Part shown: piece after piece, positions 37,072-43,427 of the stretch
How positions within the stretch are numbered: position 1 is the stretch's first letter
How the letters are laid out: each line of letters starts with the position of its first letter
Assembly (NCBI GenBank): GCA_003230545.1
Contig: QIFB01000203.1
Location: 1 to 43,427, forward strand
Length of the DNA: 43,427 nt
Direction: 5' to 3'
From: Gammaproteobacteria bacterium
GTDB taxonomy: Bacteria > Pseudomonadota > Gammaproteobacteria > UBA9214
Translations under genes and position numbers: made by a program
Notes under the pieces: model-generated
What the model saw: only the letters and a program-made list of their open reading frames with translations
Database searches by the model: none
What the model was told of the DNA's origin: nothing

Positions 37072-38613
37072 ATGAAACAATACTGGCTTGTCCTGCTGGC
37101 GTGCATTGCCTTGCTGGGTGGTTGCACCGTCAACCCGGTCACCGGCGAGCAGGAGCTCAGCCTGGTCTCGGAGGCCCAGGAGCTGAGCATCGGCAAGCAG
37201 CAGTACGTGCCCCTGCGCCAGGCCCAGGGCGGGGACTATGTGGTTGACCCGCAACTGACGGCCTATGTCAGCGAGGTCGGACAACGCCTGGCAGCGGTCA
37301 GTGATCGAAAACTCCCGTATGAATTCCATGTTATCAACAACTCGACCCCCAATGCCTGGGCGCTGCCGGGCGGCAAGATCGCCATCAATCGCGGGCTGTT
37401 GACCGAGCTCGACAGTGAGGCCGAACTGGCGGCCGTGCTCGGTCACGAAATTACCCACGCGGCAGCAAAACATACCGCGCAGAACATGACCCGCGGCATG
37501 CTGCTGCAGGGTGCCGTGCTGGCCACTGTGGTGGGCACCCGGGACAGTGACTATGCGCAACTGGCGACGCTGGGCGCCGGTGTCGGTGCCCAGCTCATCA
37601 CTCAGAAGTATGGCCGTGACGCCGAACGCGAGGCCGACTATTACGGCATGAAATACATGTCGCTGGCCGGTTATGACCTGCAGGGTGCCGTCAATCTGCA
37701 AACGACTTTTGTCAGGCTCTCAAAGGATCGTCGGCAGGACTGGTTGAGCGGCCTGTTTGCCAGTCATCCGCCGTCGCAGGAGCGGGTGCTGAACAACCGA
37801 CTGACGCTCAAGCAGTATCCCGCAGGCGGTGAGGACGGCCGGCAGACGTTCAAGGCAAAAATGGCGCGGCTGGAAAAGACCAAACCGGCCTACGCGGCGT
37901 ATGACAAGGGCCGCAAGGCGCTCACCGGGGGCGACCTCAAGCTGGCGCGTCAACTGGCGTTAACGGCGCGCAAACTGGAGCCGCGGGAAGGTCACTTCGA
38001 GGCGCTGCTGGGCGATATTGAACAGGAGCGCGGTAACCATCGCACAGCATTGAAGCACTACGGCAAGGCCATTCGCCTCTATGACGGGTTTTTCTACTAC
38101 CACCTGCAACAAGGCATCGCCAACGAGCAGCTCGGTAACCGCGTGCAGGCCAAACAGGACCTGGGTGCCAGTATAAAACTATTGCCGACTGCGAATGCCT
38201 ACCATGTACTCGGCAACATTGCCCGCACCGAGCGGCGCTACCAGGAAGCCAAGCAGTACTATGCCAGGGCGGCGCAGGACAAGACTGCCACCGGCAAGCA
38301 GGCCTGGGCCGCACTGGTCGAACTGGACCTGCCGGATAATCCGGGCAAGTACCTGAAGGTACAGACCGGTGTCGACAAGCGCGGCCGCGCCTTTGCCAGG
38401 GTCAGTAACAATACCCCGAAGGCGGTCACGGGCATTGTGGTCGTGGTGGAATACAGGGACAAGCAGGACAACACCTACAGCCGCAAGGTCCGCCTGCGCG
38501 GGACCCTGCAACCTGGCAAGACAGCCTCCATCGATCTGGGACTCGACAAGCTCGACAAGAAGGCACGACGCAGCCTGCGTGCCGGTGTCATCCAGGCCGG
38601 CCTTGCCAAATAA
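37072..38613 (+). CDS. M48 family zinc metallopeptidase lipoprotein with C-terminal TPR repeats (BepA/YcaL-like)
   Basis: ORF 36949..38613, with start set at ATG 37072 (MKQYWLVLLACIALLGGCT, lipobox). HExxH motif in LGHEITHAAAKH and a downstream EREADYYG. The C-terminal half has TPR-like repeats. Confidence 0.88.
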   Translation: MKQYWLVLLACIALLGGCTVNPVTGEQELSLVSEAQELSIGKQQYVPLRQAQGGDYVVDPQLTAYVSEVGQRLAAVSDRKLPYEFHVINNSTPNAWALPGGKIAINRGLLTELDSEAELAAVLGHEITHAAAKHTAQNMTRGMLLQGAVLATVVGTRDSDYAQLATLGAGVGAQLITQKYGRDAEREADYYGMKYMSLAGYDLQGAVNLQTTFVRLSKDRRQDWLSGLFASHPPSQERVLNNRLTLKQYPAGGEDGRQTFKAKMARLEKTKPAYAAYDKGRKALTGGDLKLARQLALTARKLEPREGHFEALLGDIEQERGNHRTALKHYGKAIRLYDGFFYYHLQQGIANEQLGNRVQAKQDLGASIKLLPTANAYHVLGNIARTERRYQEAKQYYARAAQDKTATGKQAWAALVELDLPDNPGKYLKVQTGVDKRGRAFARVSNNTPKAVTGIVVVVEYRDKQDNTYSRKVRLRGTLQPGKTASIDLGLDKLDKKARRSLRAGVIQAGLAK

Positions 38614-38663
38614 TCATGTGAAGTCTTCAGATCAGCACGCCATCCATAAACCAGCGAAAATTT

Positions 38664-38694
38664 GTAGCCCGGATGGAGCGCAGCGAAATCCGGG
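38664..38694. repeat. Solo first-hairpin module of the MITE/REP-like family
   Basis: GTAGCCCGGATGGAGCGCAGCGAAATCCGGG matches the 5' module of the elements at 7047 and 26632. The second module and the distal TIR are absent. Confidence 0.7.
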
Positions 38695-38811
38695 GGAATT
38701 ATCCCTGGAGTCCACTTTGGTGATATATGATCAGGCAGACTGGCAGATCTTGAAAAAAGCGGAAACAGCCTGCATATAAAGAACATTAACCATGAACACG
38801 AGGTGGGAGTG

Positions 38812-39147
38812 ATGGAAGCAATTGTTGATGGCAAGACCATCCAGCTTAGCGAGGCTGGATGGATTGAGAACCTGGATGAATGGAGCGCGGCACTGGCGGC
38901 CGAGATCGCGCAGAACGAGAAGATCGTCGAGTTGACCGAAGAGCACTGGGATGTGATCAGGCTCGCACGCGAGTATTTCACCGAGTACGGCGCGGTGTGC
39001 GAGCCGCGCGCTTTCTCGAAGCTGATGAAGAAGCAGTACGGCAAGGACCGCAGTGATCAGAAGTACCTGTATTCCCTGTTTCCGACCGGCCTGATCAAGT
39101 GCGCCAACAAGATCGCCGGGCTGCCGCGTCCCAAGGGTTGCAGTTGA
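38812..39147 (+). CDS. TusE/DsrC/DsvC family sulfur-relay protein (two C-terminal cysteines, non-canonical spacing)
   Basis: ORF 38803..39147; ATG 38812 preferred, with GAGGTGGGAG upstream. Family-typical body (LDEWSAALAAEIAQNE.., LTEEHWDVIRLAREYF..) and C-terminal arm KCANKIAGLPRPKGCS. Confidence 0.85.
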   Translation: MEAIVDGKTIQLSEAGWIENLDEWSAALAAEIAQNEKIVELTEEHWDVIRLAREYFTEYGAVCEPRAFSKLMKKQYGKDRSDQKYLYSLFPTGLIKCANKIAGLPRPKGCS

Positions 39148-39336
39148 TTCCTTTTAGTAGACGGGCTTGACACACCCGTCCATCATCTGGAAGACTCGGA
39201 ACCATGAAGACCGGATTACTGCGCCACATGATTGCCTGCAAGCGCCGACTGCCCCTGTGGCAGGTCGCAGCATGCCCGTGTCGTGCCTTGGAGAGAGTAC
39301 CCGTCCAGTAACCGGTTAATTAACTCCAGATCTTCG

Positions 39337-39372
39337 AAGGCCGCACGGTTCCAACCCTGCGGCCTTTTTTGT
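39337..39372 (+). terminator. Rho-independent terminator between the DsrC-like gene and the EamA transporter gene
   Basis: AAGGCCGCACGGTTCCAACCCTGCGGCCTTTTTTGTTTT: 9-bp GC-rich stem followed by a T-run. Lies about 190 nt after the DsrC-like stop and about 65 nt before the EamA start. Confidence 0.8.
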
Positions 39373-39438
39373 TTTCCGGGGAAAACGAAAAATGTCTTGT
39401 TATCAGTAAACGCTGTACAGATAAAGGAGGTATGAAAG

Positions 39439-40332
39439 GTGTCGGTACCAGTGGCCTATATCGCTGTCATTCTTATCTGGTCCACCACGCCGCTGGCAAT
39501 CCAGTGGAGCGGCGACGGGGTCGGCTACCTGTTCGGTATTACCAGTCGCATGGTCCTGGGCGTGGTGGTTGGCCTGATGGTAGCCGGCCTGTTCAGTGTT
39601 CCCATGCCCTGGCATGCAAAGGCCCGACGTACCTACCTGGCCGCGGGCCTGGGCCTGTTTTTTGCCATGACCTCGGTGTACTGGGCCTCGCAGTTCATAC
39701 CATCCGGCTGGATGTCGGTGCTGTTTGGCCTCGCGCCCATCGTGACCGGGCTGATGGCAACGGTCCTGTTGTCAGAGCAGGCACTGAACCGCACCCGGTT
39801 CGCCGGCATGCTGCTCGGGCTGGCCGGGCTGGCAACCATGCTGCTGGGTTCACAGCAACTGGGTCCGCAGGCTGCCTGGGGCATTGCCGGTATGGTGTTT
39901 TCCGTGACGGCCTATTCGGCCAGCTCCGTGGTCGTCAAGCGGATCGGTGCAGATATCCCGGCGCTGGCGACCACTATCGGCGGGCTTATGGTCACGGTTC
40001 CCCTGCTCATTGCACTGTACTTCTTCGCCGGGGAACCGTTGCCGTCCGTGGTGCCGGACCGGGCGATGTGGTCGATCATCTATCTCGGCATGATCGGCTC
40101 GGTACTGGGCTTTGCCCTGTACTACTACGTGCTGCGCCACGTGGAGGCGACCCGGGTCGCATTGATTACGCTGATCACACCGGTGCTGGCCTTGATACTG
40201 GGTCACCGGTTGAACGGCGAGGCCCTGCAGGCCGAGGTTATGCTGGGTACTGCGGCAATCCTCTCCGGCCTGCTGCTGTTTGAATACGGGCAAACGGCGG
40301 GACAATGGGTGCGTGATACCTTGATGGGGTGA
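39439..40332 (+). CDS. EamA/DMT superfamily transporter
   Basis: 297 aa, GTG start preceded by AAAGGAGG at 39423..39430. About ten hydrophobic helices in a two-EamA-repeat layout. The overlapping ORF 39369..40283 is the wrong frame. Confidence 0.85.
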   Translation: MSVPVAYIAVILIWSTTPLAIQWSGDGVGYLFGITSRMVLGVVVGLMVAGLFSVPMPWHAKARRTYLAAGLGLFFAMTSVYWASQFIPSGWMSVLFGLAPIVTGLMATVLLSEQALNRTRFAGMLLGLAGLATMLLGSQQLGPQAAWGIAGMVFSVTAYSASSVVVKRIGADIPALATTIGGLMVTVPLLIALYFFAGEPLPSVVPDRAMWSIIYLGMIGSVLGFALYYYVLRHVEATRVALITLITPVLALILGHRLNGEALQAEVMLGTAAILSGLLLFEYGQTAGQWVRDTLMG

Positions 40333-40595
40333 ACGGAAACAGGGGATGGAGGGGTTTTATTCCCTCCGTCCCCGTTGCGCTCATTCTTCCCCGCGGGGCG
40401 CGGGTCCTACGAAGGTCCATTCGAGTCTGACTCGTTAATTCATAGAACCAAACCCGCCATGCCGTGGTCGAAAGCCTGACAAGGAGCGGGCAGGGTCTGT
40501 GGTTGTGATAATTCCGTGATACCTGCCTGATAAGCTGACAAAAAACCGATACGGGTGAGCCTGCGATACCCCTGCAGGCTGTGCCCTCTGTAACC

Positions 40596-41318
40596 ATGGC
40601 AAATAACATTCTTGTAGTCGAGGACAACGCGGACATCGCCCACCTGGTGAAGGTGAATCTGCGCAGCAAGCAGATGCAGGTCGATCATGCCATCGACGGG
40701 GCGACCGGCCTTGAAAGAGCGCTGACCGGTGACTACCAGCTGCTGATACTGGACCTGATGCTGCCCGGTATGGACGGCCTCGACCTGTGCCGGACGTTGC
40801 GCAGCAAGAAGGTTTATACCCCGGTATTGATGCTGACGGCGCGGACCTCCGAGCTGGATCGCGTGCTCGGACTGGAAGTGGGCGCGGATGACTACCTGAC
40901 CAAGCCGTTCAGTGTTCCGGAACTGGTGGCGCGTGTGAATGCGATCCTGCGCCGCTCCGATCAATACCAGGGCGCATCCACAGCAACGGCAATTTCACCG
41001 TTGCAGTTCGGTGCGTTGCGCATGGATCCGGACAGGCGCCAGGTGCTGCTCGGTGATGACCTCGTTGAACTCACTGCCCGGGAATTTGACCTGTTATGGC
41101 ATTTTGCCACTCACCCGGAACGGGTCTTTACCCGCAGCCAGCTGCTGGACAGCGTGTGGGGTTACGGGCACGCCGGTTACGAGCACACAGTCAATTCCCA
41201 TATCAATCGCCTGCGTGCCAAGATCGAGGTGGATCCGGCCAGGCCGCAGCATGTGATTACTGTCTGGGGCGTCGGCTACAAGTTCTCCGCATCTGGCGCC
41301 AGCCAGGGGGCTGCATAA
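40596..41318 (+). CDS. OmpR-family two-component response regulator
   Basis: ATG 40596 (MANNILVVEDNADIAHL). Receiver Asp in LLILDLMLPGMDG. Winged-helix output ...TVWGVGYKF. Confidence 0.93.
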   Translation: MANNILVVEDNADIAHLVKVNLRSKQMQVDHAIDGATGLERALTGDYQLLILDLMLPGMDGLDLCRTLRSKKVYTPVLMLTARTSELDRVLGLEVGADDYLTKPFSVPELVARVNAILRRSDQYQGASTATAISPLQFGALRMDPDRRQVLLGDDLVELTAREFDLLWHFATHPERVFTRSQLLDSVWGYGHAGYEHTVNSHINRLRAKIEVDPARPQHVITVWGVGYKFSASGASQGAA

Positions 41319-42799
41319 TGTTCAGGACTCTGTACAGCCGGCTGGCACTGACGCTGTTTGTCCTGTTGTGTCTGGTGGGCGTCATCCTGATCCAGGTCAT
41401 CGGGCATTCAAGCGCCCTGTATCAACAGGAGGTTGCGCAGAAGCTGAACCGGGAGCTGGCAGCGCATATTGTTGCCGAGCAGCCGCTGATCCAGGGTCGG
41501 GAGATCAATCAGCAGGCACTGGACCACCTGTTCCATCAATTGATGGTGATCAATCCGAGTATCGAGCTGTACCTGCTCAATGAGCAAGGGACGATACTGG
41601 GATATTCAGCCCCGGAAGGGAAGGTCAAGCGTACGCAGATTGCGCTGGATCCGGTCCGGGAATTTCTCGAAGGCAATGCCCGGTTCCCGTTGAAGGGCGA
41701 TGATCCGCGCAATCCCGATGGCCACAAGGTATTTTCCGCGGCTCGTATCGTTAACCAGGATGATTTGCAGGGCTACCTGTATATCGTGCTCGGCGGTGAG
41801 CAGTATGACCATGTGGTACAGATGCTCGGTGACAGCTATATCCTGGATTCCGCACTGATCGTGCTGCTGGTCGCCCTGGTGGCCGCGCTGACGGGCGGCC
41901 TGGTGGTGTTTGCCCTGCAAACGCGGCGCCTGCGGGTGCTGGGGAATATCATCCGCCGGTATGCCGGTGACGGTGGTGAAGGCAGTCCGGCCATCCGTTA
42001 TCCGGGAAAATCGAATGATGAAATCGATATTCTGGGTCAGCAGTTTAATATCATGGCCGACAGGATCACGTCCCAGATCAGTGACCTCAAACAAATGGAT
42101 GATGTGCGTCGCGAGATGGTGGCCAATATCTCGCATGATCTGCGTACACCCTTGACCACCATGCGTGGTTACCTCGAGACCTTGCAACTGAAGCACGGTG
42201 AACTGTCTGCTGATGAACAGCAGCAATACCTGCAGACGGCACTCAGCCACAGCCAGCAGCTGGGCCGGATGGTGGAGGAACTGTTCGAGCTGGCCCGGCT
42301 GGATTCCTGCGAGTCTGTGGTCTATTCCGAGCCGTTCTCGATGGGTGAACTGGTGCAGGATGTGACCCAGAAGTTCCAGCTGCGTGCCAGGGAGAAATCA
42401 ATACAGCTAGATGCCAGCCTGAATCCGGAGGCCCCGCTGGTACACGGTGATATTGCCATGCTGCAGCGGGTGCTGGAAAATCTGCTGGAAAACGGTCTGC
42501 GGCATACCCTGGCAGGCGGCAGCATTCACATTGGCGTCGATGTGGAATCCGGGAATATCGTGGTGCAGGTTACGGACACCGGCTGCGGGATTCCTGCTGA
42601 AGAGGTGCCGCGAATATTCGAGCGTTTCTATCAGCAGGACAAGCAGCGCTCCGGGGGCAGCGGCGCCGGCCTGGGTCTTGCCATCGCCAAGCGCATTCTC
42701 GAGTTGCATAACAGCGTCATCCAGGTCAGCAGTGACCTCGGCAAGGGCACCACATTTTCGTTCCGGATGCCGGCAGGGCCATTTGTTATCAATTCGTGA
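41318..42799 (+). CDS. Sensor histidine kinase (2 TM, HAMP, HisKA, HATPase_c)
   Basis: ATG 41318 overlaps the regulator stop (TAATG). H-box NISHDLRTPLT, N box LENLLENGLRHT, G boxes DTGCGI and GSGAGLGLAI. Confidence 0.93.
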   Translation: MFRTLYSRLALTLFVLLCLVGVILIQVIGHSSALYQQEVAQKLNRELAAHIVAEQPLIQGREINQQALDHLFHQLMVINPSIELYLLNEQGTILGYSAPEGKVKRTQIALDPVREFLEGNARFPLKGDDPRNPDGHKVFSAARIVNQDDLQGYLYIVLGGEQYDHVVQMLGDSYILDSALIVLLVALVAALTGGLVVFALQTRRLRVLGNIIRRYAGDGGEGSPAIRYPGKSNDEIDILGQQFNIMADRITSQISDLKQMDDVRREMVANISHDLRTPLTTMRGYLETLQLKHGELSADEQQQYLQTALSHSQQLGRMVEELFELARLDSCESVVYSEPFSMGELVQDVTQKFQLRAREKSIQLDASLNPEAPLVHGDIAMLQRVLENLLENGLRHTLAGGSIHIGVDVESGNIVVQVTDTGCGIPAEEVPRIFERFYQQDKQRSGGSGAGLGLAIAKRILELHNSVIQVSSDLGKGTTFSFRMPAGPFVINS

Positions 42800-42898
42800 T
42801 AGTTCCGTGACGTCCCTGTGAGTCCTGCCATCCAGTATGACTCCTGAGTCTGTCGTGCAGTGCGGTCAGACCGTTTTTAATCTCCAGGAGAAATTCCA

Positions 42899-43427
42899 AT
42901 GAAAAAGATACTTCCCGCTTTGGCACTGGCATCACTGTTCGGCACCTCGGCCGCGATGGCAGCCAATTACGAAGTCACGATAACCAACGTAACCCACGGC
43001 ACGATTTTCACCCCGATCCTCGTGGTCAGTCACAAACCTGGTGTGAAGCTGTTCGAGCTGGGCCAGCCGGCCAGCGATGAGCTTGCCGCCCTGGCTGAAG
43101 GCGGCGATGTTGTTCCACTGGCGACAGCACTGGAAGATGATTCACGCGTTGTGGCTACGGCGGACTCAGGTGCTCCATTGCAACCGGGTGAGTCCGTGAC
43201 AGTGACGGTAGAGGCGCCAAAAGGTAAGGGCGAGGTTAGCCTGGCGTCGATGATGCTGCCGACCAACGATGGTTTTATTGCTCTCAATGGTGCCTGGGCG
43301 CCCAGGAATAAAAAACATCCAGTGTCCTATAGCTCTCCGGGCTACGATGCCGGTTCCGAGCCGAACGACGAGCTGTGTGCCAGCATTCCGGGTCCTTGCG
43401 CAGGTGAGGGCGGCTCGCCGGGTGTCG
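42899..43427 (+). CDS. Spondin_N-like secreted protein, N-terminal part (runs off the right edge)
   Basis: Absent from the ORF track because it is open-ended. ATG 42899 follows CCAGGAG. Translation: MKKILPALALASLFGTSAAMAANYEVTITNVTHGTIFTPILVVSH...MMLPTNDGFIAL. The pattern matches bacterial spondin-domain proteins as I remember them. Confidence 0.65.
   Translation, partial: MKKILPALALASLFGTSAAMAANYEVTITNVTHGTIFTPILVVSHKPGVKLFELGQPASDELAALAEGGDVVPLATALEDDSRVVATADSGAPLQPGESVTVTVEAPKGKGEVSLASMMLPTNDGFIALNGAWAPRNKKHPVSYSSPGYDAGSEPNDELCASIPGPCAGEGGSPGV

Noticed and set aside
36556-37701. 381-aa minus-strand ORF spanning the 36291..36950 gene end and the M48 peptidase start
   Set aside because: It overlaps two better-supported genes: the hypothetical gene in another frame and the M48 peptidase antisense. 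Its translation is R/G/H-rich and it has no SD or start context.
7047-38694. Whether the recurring GTAGCCCGGATGGAGCG... units could be a CRISPR array
   Set aside because: There are only three copies, tens of kb apart, with no regular repeat-spacer periodicity and no cas genes. They are dispersed REP/MITE-like elements.
39369-40283. 304-aa + strand ORF overlapping the EamA gene
   Set aside because: It is an alternative frame of the transporter gene. Its translation is R/G/P-rich, whereas the 39439..40332 frame gives ten clean hydrophobic helices and has a strong SD.
40376-40470. tRNA-like fragment (..GGTCCATTCGAGTCTGAC..) downstream of the EamA gene
   Set aside because: It only vaguely resembles a T-arm. 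I could not fold an acceptor stem, anticodon arm or CCA-proximal pairing, and no flanking integrase or att-like repeat is present.

Overview
GC-rich chromosomal segment with gammaproteobacterial gene content and order, probably from an autotrophic or sulfur-oxidising lineage; that lineage guess is inference only. All calls come from reading the sequence and recognising motifs, with no database search. Left to right: (1) an activated-methyl-cycle operon on the minus strand, metK-ahcY-metF, with ahcY broken by a 7-bp tandem duplication. (2) A thioredoxin-like gene and the central-carbon/Calvin-type cluster tkt-gap-pgk-pyk-fba. (3) A DUF2919-like membrane gene with an apparent 1-nt frameshift, a hypothetical gene and a large PAS-GGDEF-EAL sensor. 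(4) srkA and a DUF2652-like gene on the minus strand. (5) The most interesting part, 17.5-26.6 kb: an eight-gene, tightly coupled operon. It encodes a secreted acidic protein, a lipoprotein, a TM-TPR protein, an FHA-like/TM/PEGA/FGE-sulfatase protein, a Pro-rich mini-protein and a MotA/ExbB/TolQ-like channel. The last two genes are paralogs that join an ExbD/TolR-like Asp-containing TM helix to a coiled coil and a vWA (MIDAS) domain. I read this as a candidate uncharacterised PMF-driven envelope machine. (6) A Gly/Tyr-rich secreted protein resembling sulfur-globule proteins, then a lipoprotein, dsbB, a glycine-zipper lipoprotein, djlA, a secreted hypothetical and a 2x cNMP-binding/rhodanese protein. 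(7) sdaA, DoxX, an SLT transglycosylase, DUF350, a cupin, small hypotheticals and an M48/TPR peptidase. (8) A DsrC/TusE-family gene, an EamA transporter, an OmpR/HK two-component pair and the start of a spondin_N-like secreted protein. Several intergenic repeat families are present: a ~90-bp MITE/REP-like element, nested palindromic mosaics with compensatory arm changes, and REP hairpins. I saw no rRNA, tRNA, CRISPR array, transposase or integrase.
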